From Thermoplasmatota archaeon (GTDB taxonomy: Archaea; Thermoplasmatota; E2; UBA202; JdFR-43), in the NCBI GenBank assembly GCA_029259015.1, contig JAPDJQ010000030.1:2130-66129 (forward strand): 64,000 bases of DNA, written 5' to 3'. Below are positions 21,238-31,100 of the stretch, piece by piece (positions within the stretch are counted from its first letter, which is position 1; each line of letters begins with the position of its first letter). A model generated the notes under the pieces. That model worked only from the letters and a program-made list of their open reading frames with translations, was not told the origin of the DNA and searched no databases. The position numbers were made by a program, and so were the translations under genes.

Positions 21238-23361
21238 TTAGAAATTCATTATAAACACTTCTTTCTCCACCCTTTCACATTTTCCATTTACAGCACATGC
21301 TTCAACAGCTATTCTGCAGTTACCCCTTATATTTTCGTCCCACCACCACTGATAGGGTTTTTCATTATCAACATGCTTTAATTCATTGTTTATATAAAAT
21401 TTAACCGCCTTTATTTTTCCTGCTGGCTCCGTCGTTGCATTTACTTTAATTGTTATTCCGCCGAACACGATTGTTTTGTTAATGAAGGCCAGTAAAGGAC
21501 CAAAATCTAAGATATATATTCCGTTCAATGGTTTTTCAAGCGTTATATTTATATGGATTGTTTCAGTTGGCTCCTTTATAGCTACTTGTGGATCCCCAAA
21601 TAAGTTTGTTTCATAATATGTCCATCTCATTCCATTCTCATTTATGCGCCATACATTGTCTTCTTTTGAAAAATGATTTGCTCTTCCAACCTCCCTTATA
21701 TTTTCTTGGAATAGAGCTTTAAAGAAAGAGCTATCGTATCTCTGGCCTGGAGAATCAGTGCTGTTTTCTCTTCCCAATCCATAGCGAGAGTTCATTATGC
21801 ATGCAAAAGCTCCATGCTCATCACATGTCAAATGCTCTGCAAAACAATCATCTTCGTAATAATTATCTTCCGGATACCAGTTATCGAAGGAGCCAGCTAG
21901 ACAGGTTTGAGAATAGAGGAAGAAATATTCTGTATTGTACAACCCTTTCAAATCCGAGTTATGCATCTTTAGTGCATATGTAGTCCATCCATGGCCATCA
22001 TGGTTTACAATGTTAACACCTTTATTTAGAATAGGCAGTAAATTGTATTTACTCCATGTTCTCTCTCTATCATAAAGAGTCGTTATATTATATGAAGAAG
22101 GAATCAATGGCTTAATTTTATCCTTATGATTCCCTCCCCATTGTGCCTCACCTCCAAATCCAAGATATTCTCCAAGCAATAATACTTGCATTAAATACTC
22201 GTTATTGCTGCTTTCCTCATAAGCTATCGTCTTGTTAATGAAATTATTAATTTCTTTAATACTATCAACGCATGCCCTTCCTACCCATACCTCTGCATAT
22301 AAATCTGCCTCATCTCTATCGCTAACATCATTGCCTGTCGCATTTTCTCCCCATTTGTCATCCATATCCTCATTAAAATCGCCATCTAAGCAAGCATAGT
22401 AAACATCTGACGGGATATATGCTTCTAAAACCTCATCCGTTTCTGCCAGAGGCAAGCCGACGCATGTAGCATATAAGTAGCGGGGAGGAATTATGTTGCT
22501 ACTCGCATTCTTAATATCGCCATCTCCTCCAAGCAAAACATAATCGATGCCCCAGTTTAAATAAGCATATCTTATGAAATTCCTTATTTGAGCTTGGGTA
22601 TCATTGAACATCTCCGTTTCATTCCAGCAAAATGAATTGATTTTTATTTCCTCAACTGTAACAATATTGACTTTTATACCCTGGCCTTCTTTATAATCTG
22701 CAAATCTCTGGAAAGCATTTCTAAACTCATCTTTTGTTATTATGAGGTAATCATATCCTTCATTTAGTTTTTTAATAGGATATGTATATACTGCCCATCT
22801 GTTATCAATATAATTCATAACCCATTCTCTATCTTTTTCCAGTCCTCTATACAATGGATTTATCTTTCCTTCTTTAAGTTCAATTTTAACATCTACTTCT
22901 TCATAGTAAAAAACTTTGTTATTTTCGACAGAAACAGGCATAATATTCATTACAAGAATATTATACCCTCTAAGCCCGTAGATTCCAACTTTTTCATATA
23001 ACTTATTTGCAACGTTTGTTGATAAAATCTCTACTTTATTATTTCCTACAAATAACGCTTTTGCCTTTTCAACTTCATAAAATCCTAAAAATTTCTTATT
23101 TACGCCTTTCACATCTATTTTTTTAACCTCTTTGCCATATGGGATTAAAATATGTGCTGGCTTGGCAGGCAATAGTAATCCATTATATTCATGCATTTCG
23201 CAACCATCGATTTTTATCTCATATTCTCCTCCGATTTTTTCAATGACTGGCTTCTCAAATTTATATTTAAATGAAATGATATCAGATGCGCCTATTTTGA
23301 TGCCTGAAAAAGCTAATCCAATAAACAAAAATACCACGATAAATGCTACTTCTCTTTTCAT
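21238..23361 (-). CDS. secreted C25 (gingipain-like) cysteine peptidase with propeptide and C-terminal Ig-like domain
   Basis: Signal peptide; YVLLGGD, SDVYYA, VGR; His/Cys dyad NHDGHG and SQTCLAG; NLFGDP. Confidence 0.88.
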   Translation of the reverse strand: MKREVAFIVVFLFIGLAFSGIKIGASDIISFKYKFEKPVIEKIGGEYEIKIDGCEMHEYNGLLLPAKPAHILIPYGKEVKKIDVKGVNKKFLGFYEVEKAKALFVGNNKVEILSTNVANKLYEKVGIYGLRGYNILVMNIMPVSVENNKVFYYEEVDVKIELKEGKINPLYRGLEKDREWVMNYIDNRWAVYTYPIKKLNEGYDYLIITKDEFRNAFQRFADYKEGQGIKVNIVTVEEIKINSFCWNETEMFNDTQAQIRNFIRYAYLNWGIDYVLLGGDGDIKNASSNIIPPRYLYATCVGLPLAETDEVLEAYIPSDVYYACLDGDFNEDMDDKWGENATGNDVSDRDEADLYAEVWVGRACVDSIKEINNFINKTIAYEESSNNEYLMQVLLLGEYLGFGGEAQWGGNHKDKIKPLIPSSYNITTLYDRERTWSKYNLLPILNKGVNIVNHDGHGWTTYALKMHNSDLKGLYNTEYFFLYSQTCLAGSFDNWYPEDNYYEDDCFAEHLTCDEHGAFACIMNSRYGLGRENSTDSPGQRYDSSFFKALFQENIREVGRANHFSKEDNVWRINENGMRWTYYETNLFGDPQVAIKEPTETIHINITLEKPLNGIYILDFGPLLAFINKTIVFGGITIKVNATTEPAGKIKAVKFYINNELKHVDNEKPYQWWWDENIRGNCRIAVEACAVNGKCERVEKEVFIMNF

Positions 23362-23390
23362 GTAGCGTAAATTTCTATTAGAATTTAAAT

Positions 23391-24878
23391 TTATCTTACT
23401 ATCAAACTTTTTCCTGTCATTTCTCTCGGCTTTTCTATATCCAGTAATTCAAGCATAGTAGGAGCTATATCTCCAAGCACTCCTTTCCTCAATTTTGCTT
23501 CTATGCCTACTAAAATAAAAGGAACTGGATTGCTTGTGTGGGCTGTCTTTGGCTTGCCATTTTCAAACATTTCCTCAGCATTTCCATGGTCTGCCGTAAT
23601 TATTGCTATGCCATCATGCTGCAGCACTTTTTTGACTACCTTGCCTAAACAATCGTCTACAGCTTTGAGAGCTTTTAATGTTGCTTCCCATATGCCTGTA
23701 TGCCCGACCATATCTGGATTTGCGTAATTAAGCACGATAACGTCATATTTCCTGCTTTCAATCCTTTTTATAACATCTGCTGTAACTTCGTATGCTGACA
23801 TTTCTGGCTTTAAATCATATGTTGCCACTTTTGGTGAAGGAATTAAACATCTATCCTCTCCTTTGAATGGCTCTTCCCTCCCTCCGTTAAAAAAGTAGGT
23901 TACATGGGCATACTTTTCTGTCTCAGCTATTCTTAGCTGCTTTAAACCATGCTTTGAAATAACCTCTCCAAAAGTATTTGTTATATCCTCTGTCTCAAAT
24001 GCTGCTGGATTATCAAAATTTTTATCGTATTTAGTCAGAGTAACAAAATGTACTTTCAAAGGAACCGTAGAAAAAGCATCAAAATTTTTGTCTATGAAGG
24101 CTTTTGTAAGCTGTCTCCCTCTGTCGGGACGGAAATTAAAGAATATGACAACATCTCCATCTCCTATACGCGGCATACCTTCAATTACAGTTGGCTGGAC
24201 AAATTCATCTGTTTCTCCACTGGCATATGCCTTCTCTATTCCTTCAATTGCATTTTTAACAATTCTTCCCTCACCTTTTACCAGCACATCATAAGCCTTC
24301 TTTGTCCTCTCCCATCTTTTGTCTCGATCCATTGCAAAGTATCTTCCCACTATGCTTGCTATCTTGCCTATGCCTATTTCATCAATTTTTTCTTCCATTT
24401 CCTCTAGATATTTCTTAGCGCTTTTTGGAGGAGTGTCTCTTCCATCCAGAAAACAATGTATATATGCCTCCCTGATGCCATGCATCTTTGCCATTTCAAG
24501 CAGAGCATATAAATGCTCCATCATTGCATGAACTCCCCCATCGCCAATGAGTCCCATTAAATGCAGTCTGCTTTTTCTCGCTTTCTCCATTGCCTCCTTA
24601 AGCACTTTGTTTTCAAAAAAACTGCCATCCTTTATTGCCATTAAAATTTTTGTTGCCTCTTGATAAACTATTCTTCCAGCCCCAATATTTAGATGCCCCA
24701 CTTCAGAATTTCCCATTTGCCCAGTGGGCAATCCAACTGCTTCTCCACTTGCTTCAAGTATGGTATGTGGATATTTTCTCCAGAATTCATCAAAGTTTGG
24801 AGTGGAAGCATAATAAATTGCATTTCCAATCCTTTTTGTTGTATGTCCCCAACCATCCAATATTGTAAGTAAAATCAT
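23391..24878 (-). CDS. gpmI: 2,3-bisphosphoglycerate-independent phosphoglycerate mutase, bacterial type
   Basis: LDGWG, MGNSEVGH, DGRDT, NFRPDR, AETEKYAHVT, DMVGH, TADHGN. Confidence 0.94.
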   Translation of the reverse strand: MILLTILDGWGHTTKRIGNAIYYASTPNFDEFWRKYPHTILEASGEAVGLPTGQMGNSEVGHLNIGAGRIVYQEATKILMAIKDGSFFENKVLKEAMEKARKSRLHLMGLIGDGGVHAMMEHLYALLEMAKMHGIREAYIHCFLDGRDTPPKSAKKYLEEMEEKIDEIGIGKIASIVGRYFAMDRDKRWERTKKAYDVLVKGEGRIVKNAIEGIEKAYASGETDEFVQPTVIEGMPRIGDGDVVIFFNFRPDRGRQLTKAFIDKNFDAFSTVPLKVHFVTLTKYDKNFDNPAAFETEDITNTFGEVISKHGLKQLRIAETEKYAHVTYFFNGGREEPFKGEDRCLIPSPKVATYDLKPEMSAYEVTADVIKRIESRKYDVIVLNYANPDMVGHTGIWEATLKALKAVDDCLGKVVKKVLQHDGIAIITADHGNAEEMFENGKPKTAHTSNPVPFILVGIEAKLRKGVLGDIAPTMLELLDIEKPREMTGKSLIVR

Positions 24879-25059
24879 GGGCTAATATTCATTATAATTG
24901 AATATAAAAAATTTGGGAAAAGTGCCGAAAAATCCAGAATATACTGTTTTATTTGACAATGACAGAGATTACAAGGGCAAAATATGCCACAAAACCATTC
25001 ATTTTCATTCCATCCCTCTATTGCCATCAAAATTATATAATAAAATTTTATACAACCTC

Positions 25060-26133
25060 ATGGAAAATAAAATTCCTACCTTTTCGGACTTAAAAAGAGA
25101 AGTTATTGATGCTGGATTGTGCACCTTATGTGGAGGATGCACCTCCTTTTGTAGGGAGAACAAACTCCATGCAATTGATATTATGGAAGGATTGCCTGAT
25201 TATATCAACGAGGAAAGTTGTCTTGAATGTGGCATATGTTATATGATTTGTCCGGTTACGGAAGAATTGAATGACAAACTCGAGGAATTATATGGAAAAG
25301 GAATAGGAAAAATTCTTGAAGTTTATTCAGCTCGTTCGACAGATGAGAATATTCTTAAGGTATGCTGCGATGGCGGCGTGGCCACTTCTTTACTCAATTA
25401 TTTGTTGGATATTCATTATATTGATGGCGCGCTTGTTGTCAAAAGAACGAAGGGAGGAAGAAGTATGCCCATACTGGCAACATCATATCATGAATTGCTT
25501 GCATGCGCAGGTGCATCGTTGGCGACAGTTCCGAATCTTGATGAGATAAGGTATTATAGCACCTATACCTCCTTACTCCCAGAACTTAAAGAAATTGCAT
25601 ATGGAGGAATGGAAAATGTTGCTTTAACAGGAACACCTTGCCAGACCAAAACAGTGAGAAAAATGCAGGCAGTGAATATACTGCCTTCTGGCTCGATAAA
25701 ATTCATTATAGGGCTATTCTGCATAGAGAATTTTTCCTTTGATGCCATTAGTTTGAGCAAGTTTGAGGAAATAATAGGTGGAAGGCTAAGCGATATAGAG
25801 AGAGTGAACATAAAGGAAAAAATGATAATCGAGTTTAAGGACGGAAGCAGAAAAGAGATAGCACTTGAAGATTTAGAGAGTGTGGCAAGAAAGGCATGTA
25901 TAAAATGCAAAATACCCTTCTCCAACATATATGCAGATATTTCTCTTGGAGGCCTTGGCTCTGAAGAAGGGTACACAACTGTTGTGATAAGAACACCAGA
26001 AGGCAAAAGATTATTCGAAGAGGCTCTGGAAGAAGGGCACATTGAAATACATCCAGAATGGAATGAGGAAAAGAAAGAAGAAGTAATTAATAAAATAAAA
26101 GAATGGACTGAAAAAAAGGAGAGGAGGAAATAA
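25060..26133 (+). CDS. FrhB/FdhB-family (F420 dehydrogenase beta subunit-like) Fe-S flavoprotein with N-terminal ferredoxin domain
   Basis: CTLCGGC..C and CLECGICYMICP; DGGVAT, GTPCQ, IGLFCIENF, ADISLGG; start at ATG 25060 inferred. Confidence 0.85.
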   Translation: MENKIPTFSDLKREVIDAGLCTLCGGCTSFCRENKLHAIDIMEGLPDYINEESCLECGICYMICPVTEELNDKLEELYGKGIGKILEVYSARSTDENILKVCCDGGVATSLLNYLLDIHYIDGALVVKRTKGGRSMPILATSYHELLACAGASLATVPNLDEIRYYSTYTSLLPELKEIAYGGMENVALTGTPCQTKTVRKMQAVNILPSGSIKFIIGLFCIENFSFDAISLSKFEEIIGGRLSDIERVNIKEKMIIEFKDGSRKEIALEDLESVARKACIKCKIPFSNIYADISLGGLGSEEGYTTVVIRTPEGKRLFEEALEEGHIEIHPEWNEEKKEEVINKIKEWTEKKERRK

Positions 26134-26253
26134 TTATTTTTCCTCTATTGTTCCCATATTTGTTTCAATAATTGCAAATGTTTTTGCCTCTTTCTTAACA
26201 CATCCTGCAGAAAATGTAATCAGAAACAATAGCAGCAAAGCAATATATTTCAT
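26134..26253 (-). pseudogene. truncated lipoprotein cyclophilin-type PPIase stub (39 aa)
   Basis: Translated by hand: MKYIALLLLFLITFSAGCVKKEAKTFAIIETNMGTIEEK*; lipobox SAGC followed by the cyclophilin first strands IETNMGTI. Confidence 0.6.
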
Positions 26254-26300
26254 GATTGATAAGAGGAAACGGAATAAATGATTTACTGTTTCAAAAGAAA

Positions 26301-27012
26301 GGGGCTGTCAAGAATTTGAAAATTTAAAAATGAGAAATGCCCCTCCTGATTTTGCATCAGGAGGGGATGGCAATGCTATACCAGTTAATAGAATTAGTTA
26401 GAAAGAAAAATATTTTTCGCTGGGATAAGAAAAAGATAGAAATTAAATTGATTGCCACCATTCTTTACTATGCAGGGATTTCCCTGAGAAAAACAAGTAA
26501 ATTTCTCAGAGATTTTGAGAAGTTCAGTCATGAAGCCTTAAGGCAATGGTATCATAAATTAGCCCAATTATTTACTAATTCTAGAAAATACAGGCGTTGT
26601 ATAGCAATAGATGAAACAAAAATAAAGATTGGGGATGAATGGTATTACGTTTGGGCTGCAATAGATGTTGATACATGGGAAATTTTAGGAGTAATGATAA
26701 CGAAATGGAGAACCTCCATTGATGTAATAAGATTTGTCAATAGCTTCCTGATCTATTGCGAGAATAGGCCATTAATTAAGACAGATAGAGCTCCATGGTA
26801 TAGATGGGCGTTACAAAGGATGGGCTTGCAATATGAGCATGAAACATTCGGTGAAAGAAATGCAATAGAAGGATGGTTCAACATTCTTAAAGCAAGATTG
26901 AAAAGATTCTGGAAACGCTTTCCCTCTAATGCCTCGAAGGAAAGCGTTGAGAAATGGCTTACTGCATTTGTAACCATCTACAATCTGGAGGTGAGAATTT
27001 CTTGACAGCCCC
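26301..27012 (+). mobile_element. IS6-family insertion sequence, 712 bp
   Basis: Perfect 14-bp terminal IR GGGGCTGTCAAGAA (26301-26314) / TTCTTGACAGCCCC (26999-27012); flanked by direct repeat TCAAAAGAAA (26291-26300, 27013-27022). Confidence 0.92.
26337..27005 (+). CDS. IS6-family DDE transposase
   Basis: AIDETKIK..WYYVWAAID, KTDRAPWY, RNAIEGWF; stop codon lies inside the right IR. Confidence 0.9.
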   Translation: MPLLILHQEGMAMLYQLIELVRKKNIFRWDKKKIEIKLIATILYYAGISLRKTSKFLRDFEKFSHEALRQWYHKLAQLFTNSRKYRRCIAIDETKIKIGDEWYYVWAAIDVDTWEILGVMITKWRTSIDVIRFVNSFLIYCENRPLIKTDRAPWYRWALQRMGLQYEHETFGERNAIEGWFNILKARLKRFWKRFPSNASKESVEKWLTAFVTIYNLEVRIS

Positions 27013-27156
27013 TCAAAAGAAATATAAAAAATTTTTTAGAGACGAAAATGAAAAGGAACTATTGTTTTTTATTCGAATGCTGTACTTTTTATTTCATTCA
27101 TTCTCCCTAAACCAAAGGATAATAAATCCTTTTCATATTTATCCTTTGGTGAGGTT

Positions 27157-28113
27157 ATGAATGAAGAGATGTGGGATGTGATTGTAGTAGGGGGTGGCCC
27201 TGCTGGATTGACAACTGCTATCATGTGTGCAAATAGAATGCTTAAAACACTGGTTCTTGAAGGAGGGAAATGGGGGGGATTACCAGCAACAATGTACCCG
27301 AACAAGGTTATACCAAATTATCCAGGATTTCCAGAAGGAATAACAGGAATAGAGCTGGTGAGGAGATGGCTCAGACATGTAAGAGATAATGAATATGTTA
27401 TCATGAAAAGGGAGAGAGTAGTAAAAATTGAGAAAGGAGGCATAGTAAAAACAGAAGATAATGAATACCATGGAAAGACAGTTGTGATTGCTACAGGAAC
27501 ACGTCCAAGAGAGCTTGGAATACCCGGAGAAGCAATGTTTAATAGAGGAGATAAAGGAGTTTATTACTATGTTACACATAGAGAAAAATTCATAGATAAT
27601 GTGGTGCTTGTTGTAGGAGGGGGAGATACAGCCGTGGACGCTGCTCTAGATTTAGTTGATTTGGCAAAAGAAATATATATAATACATAGGAGAGATAGAT
27701 TCAGAGCAATAGATGAGAATGTTAAGAAGATGGAGAAGAGCAAGAATATAAAGATAATGCTTAATACAGAACTTGAAGAAATAAGAGGAAAGGACAAAGT
27801 AGAGGAAGTTGTGCTTTTAAACAATAAAACAGGAGAAAAGAAAGTATTGAAGGTGGACAAAGTCATTCTGGCAGTTGGTCTAAAGCCAAATACAGAAATG
27901 TTTACAGAACTCGGTGTAAAAACAGATGATAGAGGATTCATTATAACAGATAGCTATCAGAGAACAAATGTTGAAGGAGTATTTGCTGTTGGAGACATAG
28001 TAAAGGGAGCCTTCAGATTGCTAATAGTAGGAGCAGCTCACGGAGCGATAGCATCACAGAAGATATACGAATACATAAGGAAACCATACTGGGCAGGTGA
28101 GGACGAGAAATAG
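27157..28113 (+). CDS. TrxR-fold FAD oxidoreductase lacking CxxC; probable ferredoxin-NADP+ reductase (YumC type)
   Basis: GGGPAG, ATG, GGGDTA, HRR, FAVGD; GVYYYV occupies the position of the TrxR CxxC. Confidence 0.75.
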   Translation: MNEEMWDVIVVGGGPAGLTTAIMCANRMLKTLVLEGGKWGGLPATMYPNKVIPNYPGFPEGITGIELVRRWLRHVRDNEYVIMKRERVVKIEKGGIVKTEDNEYHGKTVVIATGTRPRELGIPGEAMFNRGDKGVYYYVTHREKFIDNVVLVVGGGDTAVDAALDLVDLAKEIYIIHRRDRFRAIDENVKKMEKSKNIKIMLNTELEEIRGKDKVEEVVLLNNKTGEKKVLKVDKVILAVGLKPNTEMFTELGVKTDDRGFIITDSYQRTNVEGVFAVGDIVKGAFRLLIVGAAHGAIASQKIYEYIRKPYWAGEDEK

Positions 28114-28130
28114 CCTCAGCTCTTTCTATC

Positions 28131-31100
28131 TTATTTTACATATCTTTTAATTCTTTTGTAGTATTCATGCTCCACAAAATCACAATTTATGAGCATTTCT
28201 GCATCCTTCTCTCCTGTTATTTTCACACCCATTTCTTCTATCCTCTTCCTCAATTTTTCAATGTATTTGCTTTCATTGCCGTTTAAAAATGCAATTTTTC
28301 GCGGCTTTCTTCCTTCCATATTCATTAATATGCCCAAATCAAGCATATCTTCGACTTCAAATGGCGTAAATGATTTTTCATCTATTTTGAAATATATCTC
28401 AGGATCAATCACAATGTCCTTTGCTTTTATTTCTATTTCTTTCTCTTCCTCATCATAATCAATAACACTTTTCATGCATTCATTTCCACATATTCCGCAT
28501 CCAAGACATTCTCTGCAGCTCAGGCAACGCTTTGCTTCCTTAATCGCTGTTTCCTCATCAAAGAGAATTTCCACTTCCTTGAAAGTTGTTACTCTTTCCT
28601 CTATAGGTATATAACTTATCTCCTGCCTTTCTTCTTTCTCAATGCCGGATAAAACAACGTTTCTTTTCATGAGTTCAATATCTTCCCAAGAAGCTATGAG
28701 CCTATTGATATCCTTTTCCACAGGGTCAAATGAAATTTCCTTTCCATGGAGATAAGCATCTATAGCATGAGCTGCCCTCCTTCCCCATGCAACTGCTTCA
28801 ATGACAATTGATGGCCCCGTCACAGCATCTCCTCCAGCAAATACTCCAGGCATGGAGGTGGCAGCTGTTTTATCATCAACAATTATTCCCCATTTCGTCC
28901 TCTTTATTTCATCTGGCAGGAAGGAGAAATCTGGGTATTGTCCTATGGCTGCTATTACAGTATCTGCTTCCATGAAGAATTCACTCCCTTCTTTTGGAAT
29001 TGGCCTTCTCCTTCCGCTCTCATCTGGCTCTCCAAGTTCCATTTCAACACATTTCAATCCTATAACCTTGCCATCTTTGCCTACTATTTTTACCGGAGCT
29101 GCCATGAATTTTATGTTCACTCCTTCCTCTTCAGCAAATTTAACCTCCTCCTCTCTTGCTGGCATTTCATTTCTGCTTCTCCTGTACAATACTGTAACTT
29201 CTTGGCTGCCAAGTCTTACAGCACATCTTGCAGCATCTATAGCAACATCTCCTCCTCCTACAACGACAACTTTTCTTCCTTGGAAAATTGCTCTGACAGT
29301 TTCAGGCGATATATTGACTTCTCTGAGAAATTCCACACCTGATATAACTCCTTCCAAATCTTCCCCTTCTATACCCAGCTTTCTGCTTTCGTGAGCTCCA
29401 ACGCCAATAAATACTGCATCATATTCCTTTCTCAATTCATCAAATGAAATATCTTTTCCAACTCTTGTATTTAGCTGCAGTTCAACCCCCATTTCAAGGA
29501 TTGCATCTATTTCACGTTTCAACACATCCTTTGGAAGGCGATATGGTGGTATGCCAACAGCAAGCATTCCTCCTGCCACTGGCAAGGCTTCAAAAATCTT
29601 AACTTTATATCCCTTCCTTGCCAATTCATATGCAACAGTTAAGCCAGCTGGCCCAGAACCAATGACAGCAACCCTGTATTTATTGTTTTCATTTGCCGGC
29701 ATTTTGCCCAAATCAATTTTTCCTTTCTTTTCCCATTCCCAGTCTGCAACAAATCTCTTGAGCAATCTTATTGAAATTGGCTTGTCAATCCCGTTTCTTC
29801 TGCATAATTCCTCGCATGGATGCGGACAAACTCTGCCCAAAACAGCTGGCAGTGGCAAACGTTCTCTTATCAAATTCACAGATTCCTCAAATTTCCCCTC
29901 TGCTATTTTCGCTACATATCCGCGAACATCCACATGAGCTGGGCAGTTTGTCTGACAGAAAGGCGTTTCCTTCTCCAGGAAAAATGTTGATGGTATGCCT
30001 TCTCTTCCATAAACTGCTTTTCTTGAAAATAAACTCCGCTCCCTATCAACTGTTTTTAGGGGGCAAACTTCATAGCATATGTTGCAGTTGTTGCAGTCCT
30101 GTTTTATCCTTGTAGGATATTTTATTATTTTAACTGTGTCATCATCGATATTTTTCACCCATGCATTTGTTAACAATTTTATTTTTCCTTCCTTGACGAA
30201 TTTCAGAAATTCATCATATGGTGCATCATCATTTAGCGAGGAGGCATGCTTTCTGATAACATATTTATTGATAGAAGGATGCCTTTCCACAATGATAACG
30301 TCTTCGCCTTTCTTCGCCAGTTCAACCGCCTTTTTTATGCCATGCGCTCCAGCCCCTATAATGGTGATACCTTCTCCTCCCTCAAAATTTTCAATAACAA
30401 ATGGCTCAGCAACTTTTTCTTTTTCGCCACCATAATAAAATGAAAAGATGCCATCATTTTCTTTAAATGCTGCCTCTCCTCTCTTCACAAAGTCAATTAG
30501 ATAGAGAAAAACAGCCTCTTTTCTCAGCCCCGTTCTTTCAGCAATTTCATCTAATGACGCCTCTTTTTCCTGTAATAGTAATCTTATCATTTCCTCATTC
30601 ACTTCATCGTATATTATTTCGTCTGCAATCCTATTGAATTCATAGAAAGTGTAGAGCTCTCCATATTTGTTGCCTTCTGTTGTGAGCATTCTTTCCTTTA
30701 CAGCTATTATTCTTATCCTGGGCTTTAAAGAAGCATTATAAGCTGCTCTTAAAGCTAGATTATCTTTTAGCTCATCTTTTAAAGGCCCTAGTTTTTGCAG
30801 TTCTTCAGTAAATTCTGTTACAACTTTTGCAAATTTTTCTCCTTCAGAGGCAGAAATCCATTCTAGTCTTAAACGTCTTTCATCTATTCCAGCATAGCGA
30901 AGCAATTTTCTGGCTGTATTCATCTTTCCTATGGTGTAATAATTGCCTGTAACGTAATGGCAATCTCCAAGATGACAGCCTCCAACAAGTACTCCATCTG
31001 CTCCTCGCAAGAATGATTTTAAAACAAATGAAGGCTCAACTCTTGTAGAGCACATCACTCTTATAACTCTCGTAGTGGGTGGATACTGAAATCTGCTCAC

